Origin: Centroscyllium fabricii
Lineage: Eukaryota
DNA length: 64,000 bases
Direction: 5' to 3'
NCBI GenBank assembly: GCA_051313645.2
Contig: JBNRSN020000009.1
Coordinates: 71,362,001-71,426,000 of the forward strand
Within the stretch, counting starts at the first letter, position 1; each line of letters starts with the position of its first letter. Positions 11,470-24,800 of this stretch are shown piece after piece. Position numbers and translations under genes: made by a program. A model generated the notes under the pieces. That model searched no databases, was not told where the DNA came from, and saw nothing but the letters and a program-made list of their open reading frames with translations.

Positions 11470-14400
11470 ATGTCCAACGCAAGGAACCAAGCCCCACGAT
11501 CACAGGGGGCTGGACGGAACACCGGGCGCGGACTTGTTTTGCCCGAGTTCTGGGAGCAACGGCCAGCGGCCTGGTTTAGCTGCATAGAAGCCAGCTGCCG
11601 TTCAAATGGCGTCAACGGGGACGACCGCTACGACTTGGTCTTCACAGCTCTGCCCCAAACGACCGTCGATAGGATGTGGTCAACGATCCAGCGCGTGCCC
11701 TCCGTAGGCAGGTACGAAACACTTAAGGCCGCGCTGATTAAGAAGTTTACCCCTTCCCAGTTCGAGCGCGACTGCCAGCTCCTCGACCTCCCCGAGCTCG
11801 GGGACACCGACCCATCGGACCTGCTAGGTCAGATGCAGGCGCTCACTCCCAACCCTGCCACCCTATTTCGCACGGTTTTCCTCCTCAAATTGCCCCGCGC
11901 AATCAGACCTGCCCTGGCAGCCCTAGCCCACCTTAGCGACGACGAACTCGGCGAGGAAGCTGACAGGCTTATGGCGGCGCAGCGCACCAGCTCTACCACG
12001 TGCGCCCCCAACTCAGCATCGGTAGAGCACAACTATTCGCCCCCTGGGCACAATTTTATGCCCGAACCCAAGGCCCCACGCCCGCCCAGACAACCGCGCC
12101 CCTCTAGCACCGGCTGGTGCTACTATCACACGCGGTTTGAACACAAAGCGCACCGCTGCGTCCAGCCGTGCACGTTTAAACCTAACTCAGCCTCCACCAT
12201 GTCGGTAGGCCACACAGGAGCACTCCTCTTCGCCACCGACAGCGGCACCGGCCTCAGGTTCCTCTGCGACACAGGCGCGCAGCACAGCATCGTGCCAGCC
12301 TCCCCCGCAGAAACCAAACGAGGCACCCGCGGCCCGCCACTAGCGGCAGCCAACGGGTCCAGCATTAAAACGTACGGCACACGCGAGCTGACTATTACCC
12401 TTGCAGGCCACACGTACACCTGGGAGTTTGTAACGGCCCAGGTCACCTCTCCCCTCCTCGGGGCAGATTTCCTCTGCGCCAACGGCCTACTGGTCGATGT
12501 AACCCGGCGCCGCCTGGTGAATCTCAGCACCATGACGACCATTCCATGTTCCACAGGGCGCGCACTCCTGACCCACGCGGCAGCCCAATGCCGCTCCAAG
12601 GACCGCGATGCCTACGGCACACTCCTGGCGGAATTTCCCGCCCTTACCAACCCCACGTTCACCGCCCGTAAGGCCAAACACGGGGTAGAGCACTACATAA
12701 CCACCGCAGGCCCGCCCGTCCATGCACGCGCCCGTAGGCTCGACCCAGCTAAGCTGGAGATCGCCATCACCGAGTTCCGCACCATGGAACAACTCGGTAT
12801 TATCCGCCGCTCCAACAGCCCCTGGTCCTCCCCGCTCCACATAGCCCCCAAGCCCGACGGAGGTTGGCGCCCCTGCGGCGACTATCGCCGCCTCAACAAC
12901 GCCACCACCCCGGATAGGTACCCCGTACCCCACATCCAGGACTTTTCCGCCAGACTGGCAGGGCGCACGATCTTTTCTAAGATCGACCTGGTGCGTGGCT
13001 ACCACCAGGTACCCGTGCACTCGGCGGACATTCCCAAAACGGCCGTGATCACCCCCTTCGGGCTTTTTGAATTTATGAGGATGCCCTTCGGCCTTAAAAA
13101 CGCGGCCCAGGCCTTCCAGCGCCTCATGGACTCAGTCCTACGGGACTTGAGGTTCATCTTCGTCTATTTGGACGACATCCTCGTGGCCAGCTCGTCCCCT
13201 CAGGAACACCTCCTACATCTCAGGACCCTGTTCCAGCGCCTTACCGAACACGGCCTTATATTAAGCCCCACCAAATGCAGGTTTGGCCTCGAGACCATCG
13301 ACTTCCTCGGCCACCGCATTTCCCAGGCAGGAGCCATACCTCTGCCCTCTAAAGCGCAGGCGGTGCAAGAATTCCCTCGCCCGCACTCCATTAAGGGACT
13401 ACAGGAATTCCTGGGCATGGTCAATTTCTATAACCGATTTATCCCGGGAGCAGCCGCCCTCATGGCCCCCTTATACCAGGCCACCCGCGGGCAGCCCAAC
13501 AAGGCTGCGGTCGAGTGGACGGCCGACGCCGCCACCGCCTTCACCGCAACCAAAACCGCCCTGGCAAACGCCACCCTCCTAGCCCACCCTAGGCCCAACG
13601 CCAGAGTAGCCCTCACCACCGACGCCTCCGACCACGCGGTCGGGGCCGTATTTGAGCAGTGGACCGGCAACTCGTGGCAACCCCTGGCCTTTTTCAGCCG
13701 GCAACTCCGGCCCCCAGAGGTTAAATACAGCGCCTTTGATAGGGAGCTACTGGCTCTCCATCTGGCGGTGCGACATTTTCGGTTCCTCCTGGAGGGCCGA
13801 CACTTTACAGCCTTCACCGACCACAAGCCACTCACGTTCGCGATGGCTAAGCTAGCGGATCCCTGGTCAGCCAGGCAGCAGCGCCAACTCACGGCCGTGT
13901 CGGAATTCACAACCGACATTCAGCACATTTCCGGCCGCGACAATGTAGTCGCTGACTGCCTCTCACGCCCCACCATCAACGCCGCCCAAATGGCAGTTGA
14001 TTACGCCCAGCTGGCCGCCGACCAGCTGACCGACCCTGACCTACTCAATGCAGCCACTAAACTCCCTGGCCTACGCTTGGCCAATGTCGCGCACGGTCCC
14101 GCTGCCACCGTCATCTGCTGCGACGTTTCCTTACCACAACCCAGGCCCGTCGTGCCCCTCGCGTGGAGGGAACGAATTTTTACGACCCTCCATGACCTGT
14201 CCCACCCCGGCGTCCGCGCGTCCATTAGACTCATATCGGCCCGGTTCGTATGGCGCGGCCTGCGCAAAGACGTCCGCGTCTGGGCCACCTCCTGCATAGC
14301 CTGCCAGCGCTCCAAGGTGCACAAGCACATCAAGGCACCGCTGCAAAATTTTAAAGTACCGGCCAGACGCTTTGACCACGTCCATATTGACCTCGTTGGG

Positions 14401-15291
14401 CCTCTACCAGCATCTCGCGGCCACACGCACCTACTGACCATGGTCGACCGCAACACCCGCTGGCCTGAAGCAGTTCCCCTCACTGCCACCAACACCACGG
14501 ACCTAGCCAGGGCGTTCATCGCCACATGGATCGCCCGATTCGGCGTGCCCACGGACATCACCTCCGACAGAGGACCCCAGTTTACGTCGACGCTATGGGC
14601 GGCCATCGCTCGCGACCTCGGGGTGACGCTACACAGGACCACCGCATACCACCCACAGGCGAACGGCCTATGCGAACGGTTCCACCGCTCAATGAAGGCA
14701 TCATTGCGGGCCACGCTAAAGGATGCTTCATGGACCGACCGCCTTCCATGGGTCCTCCTCGGGCTGCGCTCGGCAGTCAAAGAGGACCTCAACGCCTCAG
14801 CAGCAGAGCTCGTCTACGGCCAGGCTTTGACGGTTCCGGGCGAATTTCTGGCTGAGGCCAACTCACCCTGGTCAGCAGACCAGTATTTAAAAGACTGGGC
14901 AAACCCGGCACGAGCCTTTCAGCCATTGCCAGTGGCCCGGCATGGAGAGCCGGCAGCTCGGGTGCCAGAGGACATTAAAAATGCCAAATGGGTATTTATC
15001 AGACGAGACGGGCATCGAGCCCCTTTACAGCCACCGTACGATGGCCCTTACAGAGTGCTTCGGGCGGGAGACAAGTTCTTCGAGTTACAAATGGGCAAAA
15101 GAACTGAGACAGTAACTATAGACCGGCTCAAGCCGGCACACGTGACAGCGGGCGAGACCACGGTCCCCGCGCAACCACCACAACGCGGTCGCCCTCCCGC
15201 ACCTAAACCCGCCCACACTCCAACGCAGAACCGGCAACAACGAACAACACGGTCCGGCCGCATCATCCGACCGCCCCAACGGCACACATAG
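11470..15291 (+). CDS. Gag-Pol polyprotein (1273 aa), order Gag-PR-RT-RNaseH-IN
   Basis: Gag CX2HX9CX3C ([18 protein letters not shown]); protease DTG; RT YLDD; RNase H TDAS; integrase HHCC, DDE and GPY motifs; no env. Confidence 0.96.
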   Translation: MSNARNQAPRSQGAGRNTGRGLVLPEFWEQRPAAWFSCIEASCRSNGVNGDDRYDLVFTALPQTTVDRMWSTIQRVPSVGRYETLKAALIKKFTPSQFERDCQLLDLPELGDTDPSDLLGQMQALTPNPATLFRTVFLLKLPRAIRPALAALAHLSDDELGEEADRLMAAQRTSSTTCAPNSASVEHNYSPPGHNFMPEPKAPRPPRQPRPSSTGWCYYHTRFEHKAHRCVQPCTFKPNSASTMSVGHTGALLFATDSGTGLRFLCDTGAQHSIVPASPAETKRGTRGPPLAAANGSSIKTYGTRELTITLAGHTYTWEFVTAQVTSPLLGADFLCANGLLVDVTRRRLVNLSTMTTIPCSTGRALLTHAAAQCRSKDRDAYGTLLAEFPALTNPTFTARKAKHGVEHYITTAGPPVHARARRLDPAKLEIAITEFRTMEQLGIIRRSNSPWSSPLHIAPKPDGGWRPCGDYRRLNNATTPDRYPVPHIQDFSARLAGRTIFSKIDLVRGYHQVPVHSADIPKTAVITPFGLFEFMRMPFGLKNAAQAFQRLMDSVLRDLRFIFVYLDDILVASSSPQEHLLHLRTLFQRLTEHGLILSPTKCRFGLETIDFLGHRISQAGAIPLPSKAQAVQEFPRPHSIKGLQEFLGMVNFYNRFIPGAAALMAPLYQATRGQPNKAAVEWTADAATAFTATKTALANATLLAHPRPNARVALTTDASDHAVGAVFEQWTGNSWQPLAFFSRQLRPPEVKYSAFDRELLALHLAVRHFRFLLEGRHFTAFTDHKPLTFAMAKLADPWSARQQRQLTAVSEFTTDIQHISGRDNVVADCLSRPTINAAQMAVDYAQLAADQLTDPDLLNAATKLPGLRLANVAHGPAATVICCDVSLPQPRPVVPLAWRERIFTTLHDLSHPGVRASIRLISARFVWRGLRKDVRVWATSCIACQRSKVHKHIKAPLQNFKVPARRFDHVHIDLVGPLPASRGHTHLLTMVDRNTRWPEAVPLTATNTTDLARAFIATWIARFGVPTDITSDRGPQFTSTLWAAIARDLGVTLHRTTAYHPQANGLCERFHRSMKASLRATLKDASWTDRLPWVLLGLRSAVKEDLNASAAELVYGQALTVPGEFLAEANSPWSADQYLKDWANPARAFQPLPVARHGEPAARVPEDIKNAKWVFIRRDGHRAPLQPPYDGPYRVLRAGDKFFELQMGKRTETVTIDRLKPAHVTAGETTVPAQPPQRGRPPAPKPAHTPTQNRQQRTTRSGRIIRPPQRHT

Positions 15292-15334
15292 ACACGGCAA
15301 TTTATTTCTCCCGGACGGATTCTGGGGGGAGCTG

Positions 15335-15579
15335 TGTAGCGGCACACCCGCTGGGATTACGAATCCGCCAACGGGGCTCCGCGGAGCGCGGCTCGCTCAA
15401 CCACGTGATGCGGTTGCGTCACCACGTCGGTGGACGTGATGACGTCACCAACGGCGGGACAGTTTAAATATGTTGATACCTCGTGGTTCTGCCTCTTCCA
15501 TGTTTTGAATCTCTAGAGTAAAGTTGTGTTTTCCTTTAGCTCTGTCTCTGTGCATTCTTTAAGTACTCGCAGCTCCACA
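15335..15579 (+). repeat. 3' LTR
   Basis: Matches 11134-11378; ends 20 nt upstream of FLNB exon 2. Confidence 0.95.
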
Positions 15580-15599
15580 ACTGTTTGTTTGTTTTTCAG

Positions 15600-15848
15600 A
15601 CAGCAAAGCCATTGTGGATGGAAATCTGAAACTAATTCTCGGACTCATATGGACTTTGATTCTTCACTACTCTATTTCCATGCCAGTTTGGGATGATGAA
15701 GGAGCTGATGACACCAAGAACCAGACACCCAAACAGAGACTATTGGGATGGATTCAGAATAAACTGCCTGATTTGCCAATCACCAACTTTAGCAAGGACT
15801 GGAAAGATGGAAAAGCCTTGGGTGCTCTGGTTGATAGCTGTGCCCCTG
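15600..15848 (+). CDS. FLNB: FLNB exon 2 (249 nt)
   Basis: tttttcag|ACAGC...CCTG|gtagg; DSKAIVDGN...LVDSCAPG. Confidence 0.95.
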
Positions 15849-18800
15849 GTAGGAACCATGTTGAGCACTAACTATGCTGTGCAGACTTTGAATATTGTAA
15901 CTTTTTTTAAGCTGTCACCATTTATGGACAGAATGAACTGATGACCTCTGAGAATCAGATAATACCTTTTCTCAGCTGACCCTTGAGATGCACATAAGTA
16001 ACTCTGCTTTCCTGGCGCCCCCCACCCCGTGGGACGCTCCTGGATTTTGGTTACCTATCTATTTTTACCAATGTGGTGGTAAACTGAGTGCAAGTGTGCA
16101 CCCATAAAGAGATGATGTCTAATCTTTGGCTAGCCCAAGGGATGTGCTAGTAAGATTGTTAGCTTGGAGCCAACCACCTTGTAGAGTTCATTTATAAGGT
16201 TTCAAACAATGCACTGTCTGCCTCTCTTGTAGGGTTAGTGCTAATTCCTAGATTGTGACATGTTTTCTACTGGAGTGCACTGGTGTAATATGCTGTCTAC
16301 CTGATTACATGGCTGGGACAGGGAGTATCATTACTTATTATGTCAATATTTAACAAGTATTTTCTTTTCAGGTTTGTGTCCTGACTGGGAGATCTGGGAT
16401 GTGGCCAAACCAGTGGATAATGCACGGGAAGCTATGCAGCAAGCGGATGACTGGCTTGGCGTACCACAGGTAAAAAGTAAACTATAACTTGATCAATAAC
16501 TTGCTGCATATACTGTGGACACTGGGTAAACCTGAAAGCCTAGTTAGTGCAGTGATTTGAGGGTTATATTTTGAATTACGCAACTGCAATTTTCCAATAG
16601 TTAAATCTCGTGACCAGTTTGGGGGGGGGGTGGTAAGGATGGGAGAAGGGGGAAGGTTTCTTTCTAAAAATTGGACATGGGCCATTGTATCACTTTCGTG
16701 TTAAACAGCGGTGTGAAAAGTCAAGGTGGGGTACTCAAGTCGTGACTGGTTCCTGTGTTTTAAATTTGCTAACCCAGTGTTGCCAAGAAATGTAACTCTC
16801 CTCTGGTTACACAACATTTACTGAAATAAGTTGCAATAGTATTGAGGAATTAACTGTCAGAATTATCCTGTGGTTTGTTTGTCAGTACTATTTATCATGA
16901 GTATAATTTATCATTTAGTATAGTCAAAACGAGGTTTGTTACTGCTCTTGGGTTCAGCCGGCACACTTTAAAAAAAATAAAAAAAATAAATAAAAAAAAA
17001 TCTTTTGGTCCTCGACAAAGTTGCAACTTGGCTCAAATGGTATGCAGTTTTGATGCTTCATTGTAAAGAGACTGCTTGCAAAAAAAGCTTTGTACAAGCA
17101 TTCTGAATGTGGTCCAACAACATTTTCAAGTTTTCATTGGCTAAATTATAATTCAGCCCCGATCTACTTCAACTATTGATCAAGTGCTGGTATTTCAGAC
17201 ATGACCCAATAATGTTTACTGAAACCAGTTTTAAAAACTTCTGCAATTCTCAAAATACTGTGGTGCAGGTGTAATGTTTTAATACTCTACCATGATGGTT
17301 TTTCTTTTGTAATTACTACAAACAGTTTATCTACAGAATATTTGTGTGCTGCTTTTGTCAAATCTCACCCATGCCTTTTGCCTCTCAGAAGAAAAAATCT
17401 TGCAACCAAACTCTGACTAATTGAGCTGAGTGAACACTTCTGGCCTAATGAGAAATTGTGCAGGACAAGTTGGTGCATCTTTTCCTTATCCTGAATGTGT
17501 TGACTGAAGTGGTCTTGTGGCTAAATGTACTTTGGGAAAGAAAATTACAAGAGAATTCAGCTTTTGGAAATGCATTTTCAAATGGTTGGATCATAAAACT
17601 TTACTAATTGACCTTTTACAGTATTTGGTTTAAAAAAAAATGCAACTGAAGGGTAATATGGGAGTGAAGTGTGCAGTCAGCTTTGTTAAATTGCGAGTGT
17701 TAGAAATTGGGCTTTTTCCTACTCTCCTTCCCAGCACTTTTACTTGATCACAGCAAACATTTTTCCTACATAAAAGTCACTATATAAATGCAAGTTATTT
17801 TGGTCATTTGTTTTGTGGTGTAATTAGTTTGTAAATGGGGGGCTGCAAATTCAGAGCAGGCTGATAAAGAACAATGACACCCCACCCTGAAAGAAGTGGC
17901 TGGGTATACTGTATATTCAGCTGGTGCGTTCCACTGGGCTTTGGTGATCATGGATTACATTTCGAGCATGTCCAAAGTTTGTAAATTCTGTTGAACTCTA
18001 TATAGCGGGTTAAGTGGCTGAATTGAAGAACTCATTGGAACAGCACTACGGCAATGCAGGTTCGAGTAAGAAAATGGCCTTTTATTATGAAGAAAATGTT
18101 TTTTGATGCATATTGGAAATGTAATCAAGGTGCTAATCTAGACTCCCTTTTAAGTAAATATTGTTGTCCTTGGTGGTTTGGAGCCTAGTCCAAAGGTTAC
18201 AACAGAATTGTTACATGATGAATTGAAAATCCTATTTTGAATTTCATGTATTCACTTTAATATCCCTGTTGCAGGTGATTGCCCCAGAGGAAATCATACA
18301 CCAAAATGTAGATGAACAGTCAGTAATGACTTACTTGTCACAGTTTCCCAAGGCCAAACTTAAACCTGGAGCTCCCTTAAAACCCAAGTTGAACCCGAAG
18401 AAAGCGAGGGCTTATGGTCCAGGTATGTGTACGTATATCTTGGAGTATAGACAGCTGAAGTGTGTGTGTGTGTGTAGTGAAAGCCCCTTTTCAGTAATGC
18501 TTGGAAATTACCTGGATCAGTTCCCTGGCTTGAATTGCTTGCTAAAATATTTCAAAATGCTGACCCTCTTATATTTTATTTTAAACAAAACTCTGCAGGA
18601 ATTGAGCCTGTGGGTAATGTTGTGATGCGTCCTGCTATGTTCACTGTTGAAACAATCAGTGCTGGCCAAGGTGAAGTGATGGTCTTTGTCGATGATCCAG
18701 AAGGTCAGCGAGAAGAGGTAATTTCTTAACTTGATGTTTATAAAAGTACATTTTCCTTCTGAATATCGATCGGGGGGAGGAAAGTAAAATTGCATTGTGA

Positions 18801-21800
18801 AAGATTTATTTAGTTATTAGGGAGTTAATTGTTAACCAAAATTTTATTTGTTGTTTTAAGCCAAAAATGACTGTCTGATATTGGGCATATCACTGCCAAC
18901 AGCTTGAACTTAAACATAGAACCATAGAAGATAGGAGCAGGAGTAGGCCATTCGGACTTCGAGCCTGCTCCACCATTCAATTAGATCATGACTGATCTTT
19001 CAGATTCAGTACCCTGTCCCTGTCTTCTCCCCATATCCCTTGATCCCTTCAGCCTGAAGAAATATATCCAACTCCTTGAATATATTCAATGAACTGGCCT
19101 CCACCACCCTCTGTGGCAGAGAATTCCACAGGTTCACCACTCTGGGTGAAGAAATTCCTCCTCATCTCTGTCCTAAATGGCTTTCCCCTTATCCTTAGAC
19201 TATGGCCCCTGGTTCTGGGCTCCCCTTTCATCGGAAACCTCCTTCCTGCATCCAGTCTGTCCAGGCCTGACAGAATTTAATAGGTTTTGATGAGATCCCC
19301 TCAATCGTCTGAACTCCAGTGAGTATAAGCCCAATCGACTCAATCTCTCCCCATACTTCATTCCTGCCATCCCAGGTATCAGCCTGGTGAATCTTTGCTG
19401 CACTCCTTCAATGGCAAGAACGTCCTTCCTCAGATGAGGCGACCAAAACTGCACACAATACTCGAGGTGTGTTCTCACCAAGGTCCTGTAGAGCTGCAGC
19501 AAGACATCCTTGTTCTTGTATTCGAACCCTCTTGCTACGAAGGCCAACATGTTCGAACCCTCTTGCTACCAAGGCCAACATGCCATTTGCTGCCTTAACC
19601 GCCTGTTGCACCTGTATGCTTACCTTCAGTGACTGGTGCATAAGAACACCCAGGTCTCTGCACTTCCCCATCGCCCAATCTATTGCCATTCAAATAATCT
19701 GCCCTCCTGTTTTTGCCACCAAAGTGGATATCCTCTCATTTATCCACATTACAGTGTATTTGCCATGTATCTGCCCACTCCCCCAACCTGTCCAAATCGC
19801 ATTGGAGTTTTTCGACATCCTCCTCACAGCATACCATCCCACTCGGCTTTATGTCGTCTGCAAATTTGGAGATATTACATCCAGTTCCCTCGTTCAGATC
19901 ATTAATATATATTGTGAACAGCTGCGGTCCTGGGACCGATCCTTGTGGTACCCCAGTAGTCACTGCCTGCCACTTGGAAAATGACCCGTTTATTCCAGCT
20001 CTCTGTTTTCTATCTGCCAACCAGTTCTCTATCCAAGTCAATACCTTGCCCCCAATCCCATGAGCCTTAATTTTGCACACTAATCTCTTATGAGGGACCT
20101 TATCGAAAGCTTTCTGAAAGTCCAAATACACCACGTCTACTGGTTCTCCCGTATCACTTTTACCAGTTACATCCTCAAAAAATTCCAGTAGATTAGTCAA
20201 GCACAATTTACCTTTTTGTAAATCCATGTTGACTCTGTCAAATCACGTCACTGTTTTTCAAGTGTACTGCTATTACATCTTTAATAATGGACTCGAGCAT
20301 TTTCCCCACTACCGATGTCCGGCTTACTGGTCTATAATTCCCCGCTTTTTCTCTACCCCCCTTTTTTTGAATAGTGGGGTAACATTAGCTACCCTCCAAT
20401 CCATGGGTACTGTTCCAGAGTATATTGAGTTCTGGAAGATGATCAGTAATGCATCTGCTATCTCCAGGGCCACTTCCTTAAGTACCCTAGGATGTAGATT
20501 ATCAGGCCCTGGGGATTTGTCGGCATTCAATCCCTTCAACTTCCGCAACACCATATCTCTACAAATACTGATTTCTATCAGTTCCTCCCTCTCATTAATC
20601 CCTATGTTTCCTGACGACTGTCCCAACATTCCCATGTTATGGGCCCTTAAATTTAAAATTGAATTCAGTAACAGGCTAATGACCATGACCATCCAGTGTA
20701 TCATTTCTGGATTACGAATACAAATAAGTTTTTCTCCAAAGATATAGGAAAAGATTCGTGCAGTCCATAAATTAAACTAAACTATTCATCGAGCTCCGTC
20801 TGAACCACTTGAGAAGATAGTGGTCAAAGCCAACTCAAGGGGGTAATTGTACATCTGAAACTATTAAGGGCCCTTGGTTCCCCACCCTCCAAACCCTGCA
20901 AGATAATTGAAAAATAAAATTCCTAGATAATGTGAATACTGGTTATATATTTTAGCCCCTATAATTGAATGTGAACTCATTTGCTCTTCACTGTCATTTA
21001 ATGTAGTATGGTGTCTGCAGGCAAGTAGCAACAAGACTGCCAGATTTGGCATGTCGATCGCTGAAATACAGATATGATGAACAGTTGTTGAAATTTTTTT
21101 CATTGGTATTGTTTGCAATTTAGATATATTCCTTCCTATCCCACACTTGTGGGTCTGAAATGTATTCCTGTGAAAAAGATCAGTGGTAATATTTTGGTAA
21201 AGACATTAGAGGCTCTAATTGTCTTAATTCCTGCCAGGCAAAGGTGACCAACAACAATGACAAGAACAAGACTTACTCTGTGGTTTATGTGGCAAAGGTT
21301 GCAGGGCGTCATAAGGTGAGTGCGCGAAGCATGGATTTTACTTTCATATTGCCACAAGTCTTTGTTCTTGGTCTCATTTGGAATGTTACCTGCACCATCC
21401 TTGTTCTGCGATATTAAGCCATCCTTGTTCTGTGATATTAAGCCATTCTGTTTGCACTCTGGCCCAATCTGAAGTCAATAGCCAGGTTGCTGTCGCCTTG
21501 TATAACATATCCTTCTATCTTCCCCCTCCCTTTCTTTTCTGATGTACTAGAGCACTTCCTTGATGTTCCCCTGAAAGAAACATGGTTGTGATCATGTACT
21601 AATGGTGCAGGAAGCTGAAACCTCAGTTGTCTGGCACAGCAACACCTTTTATGCCAATCTTCAGACATGTCCAAATTTACAGTGGTAGTTTGTAATTTTA
21701 AGGGGGTGCTTACATAAATGTACACTAACTGGTGCTTTTTTACAAACTAAATTGAAATGTTAAATTTGCTAGTTCAAGTCATTGTATTAGACCCACTGGA

Positions 21801-24800
21801 AACTTGTTTTTATAATGTCTGGCATGGTACCTGGCTAATGCATGTGTAATAAAACTATATGCTGAAATGGTTTCTCTCCAGATTACAGTTTTATTTGCTG
21901 GACAGCACATATCCAAGAGTCCTTTTGAAGTCCACATTGACAAGGCTCAAGGTGATGCCAGTAAAGTGACTGCACGAGGACCCGGCTTGGATTCTACAGG
22001 AAATATTGCCAATAAGCCAACCTACTTTGACATTTATACAGCAGGTATACTTCAATTCAATTTATTGTCATTGTAAAGTGAACAAACACAATACAACGAA
22101 ATGTAAACATGCAATCTCCCAAGAAACAATACAGATATTAAAATGTCCTCTCCTGTAAGTCCCAGTCTGGTCCATAATGGCCCCCACGCTCCGGCTACGA
22201 CGGCCCCGGCACCCGGTCATGATAGCCCTGACGCGACTGCTCCGACCACGACTGTCCCGATGCTCCCGGCCCCAACGCTCTGGCCACGATGGCCCGATGC
22301 TCCTGGCCCCGACGCTCCTGCCACGACGGCCCGACGCTCCTGGCCCCGACTCTCCCGGCCCCGAAGCTCCTGGCCCTGATGCTCCGGCCACGACAGTCCC
22401 GACACTCAGGCCCCGAGGCGCACAGCCCCGACGCGCCGGCCTCGATGCTCAGGCCACGCAGGCTCCGGCCACGACGGCCTAGATGTTACCGGCGTCGGGC
22501 CATGCTCAGGCCCCGATGCTTTGTAGACGACGTCTTCGGTGCGTCAACCCCGGTGCTCTGATCAAAAGATCATAAAGATCCCGGTGCTCTACCATGTGGA
22601 CCCCGCCGTCCACTTCAGAACCAGTACGGGGACCAGTGGACATCATCTTCTTTGGAGACACAAAGCTGCTGCGTCTATGCGCACCGCCATCTTGCCAAGC
22701 TGAGGTCTGGGAGGGGGAGAAAAGAAAAAGTAAGAGTTGTCTCTTTTAAATTGCTCTTCAAACTGATGCTGCTGTTTTCATTGTCTGAAAATTCCCCACA
22801 AAAATCTCATTTTACAATGAAGAATGTGGAGTAATCACCTGCATATGGAAGACTACATTCATTGAATTAATATGGCACATGCTGGAGATTTTGGATGTAT
22901 TCCAGCTACCTATTGAATATAGATCATAAAAAAAAAAACTAATATTAATGTGGAGCATCCTTTGGAAACTTTGCTCTTCAGAGAGGGTTGCTAGCACTAC
23001 AAGTTTTGGGGCAAATATATTGCTGAAACCAGTATTTGCAATGGCTGCATTGCATTTTGAGTTGGTCAGTATTTGGCAAGGATTTTGCTTGCTACAACTA
23101 AAACTTCAGCAGCTACATGCTAAAATACAGCTTCAGCTGTTTAATCTGAATGCCTGCATGAGGTTTTTGAAAGTTGTGCTGATCTACGACAAAGTTCATG
23201 AAGTATAAATAACATGACCTGTCTTTTTTAAAAAGGTGCCGGGGTAGGTAATGTTGCAGTGGTGATAGTGGATCCTCAGGGTAACAACAACACTGAATTA
23301 CTGATTGAAGATAAGGGGAACAATAACTATCGGTGCAGCTACAGACCTGTGCAAGCAGGACACCACACAATCCGAATTTCATTTGCTGACTCGCCAATAC
23401 CTAAGTGCCCGTATTCTGTCAATGTAGGTGAAGGTAGGTCACATGTCTACTTGTTTTTACTATAAATGTCTTTTGGCCAGGTAAACAGAGTTGAAGACGC
23501 TTCTAGGGAGGAAGAGTTTTAACCTTTATAAAAATAAAAAATAAAAGTGGGTTGGGGCATGTGGGTAGTTCGTGTTAAAAATCTGAATCCTGACATGAAC
23601 CTGCTCCCTTCTGGTTTTTAAAGAGGTGGGACGGGGCCAGCCAATCTGCTGCCAGGAGACTGGTTGTTTATTTGGATATATTGAGGCTGAAAGCCTCTGC
23701 TTGAACTTCCATTTTTGTATCAAACTTTAGCTGGTCGGGTTTCGCAGGCCCTGTGAAGCCCGCCACTAATACAAGGCGAGGACTGCTGGATCCAGGACCC
23801 AGCCTAATCCACACACTGCGATCATAGTTGGTAAACAATATCTTGGAATTCAATCCAATGTATATCCATTTCCAGAAGTTTGATCTGTTTATCCAGGTCC
23901 ACAAGTCAAAACAAAAGCCAAAACAAAACAATCACTTTTTTAGTTCATTCACCTCCCTACCTACTCGAACGGTTTTTAATGCAGTTCCTTTTGCCTAGTA
24001 AAATTTGTTTCTGAACCACTGTTTATTTTTGACTTCTTTAAAGTAGCAGCATTGACTGGGTGGCTAGTGGAAAAACTGGTTTCATTCTCACTTGTGCATT
24101 TTATTCCTATGAAGGGAAAGTCTAGTTTTTATTTGTGTTTTAATCTGGAATGTGTGTGATTACTGAACATATCTGGAAAAACAGTTATGGGTTAATTTGG
24201 TAATGCACAGTAAAATTCCCAATATAAATTGTTTGAAATATTAAGTTTTGCTATGGTTTCCAGGTTTCATTCATTGTGGTGCCAAAGGTATTGACCAATT
24301 CCATGTTTGTAATGGATCCAAGCTTTTTCCTTGGGGAAAACATTTGGCAAGAAGTTAATGGTGTTCTGGCATCCATATAATGCTAACTTGATTGGCAATC
24401 CATTTGAGTTGGTAGACATCTTTTGCATTTGTAGTGATATGCAGATGAGGCATTTTGGGTTTTATTTTTAATCCTTGCCTGTCAAGCATCATAACTTTAT
24501 TAGCTTTACTAAACTTACTGTGCCCAATCTTCAGTAAAGACACAGGTGCCATTTATCTCCATTTATAGTGTTCACTTTAGTCTCCTCCCTTGTTCCACAC
24601 CTACCCCCTAAAAAAGAAACTTTGGTCACCAGACCACATGATTTTCAACTTTTCCGTTCCAGCTTGTAACCCCAATGCTTGTCGTGCTACTGGACGAGGC
24701 CTACAACCTAAAGGACTGAGAATTCGTCAAGTTGCTGACTTCAAAGTTTATACTAAAGGGGCTGGAAGTGGTGACTTGAAAGTGTTGGTGAAAGGACCAA

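Larger units (their letters stand above)
11134..15579 (+). mobile_element. Full-length Ty3/Gypsy LTR retrotransposon, CsRn1-like (4446 bp)
   Basis: Two 245-bp TG..CA LTRs that look identical on manual comparison; 4-bp TSD ACTG (11130-11133, 15580-15583); PBS; PPT GGGGGGAG before the 3' LTR; one intact gag-pol ORF. Confidence 0.96.

Noticed and set aside
11829-15347. Long antisense and alternate-frame ORFs (up to 263 aa) in the Gypsy element as env or accessory genes
   Set aside because: These are shadow ORFs expected in GC-rich coding DNA; they show no recognisable motifs, and there is no room for env between pol and the PPT.
22068-22561. Pro/Ala/Arg-rich ORFs as a novel gene
   Set aside because: Several frames are open because the GC-rich tandem repeat lacks stop codons; there is no coding evidence.
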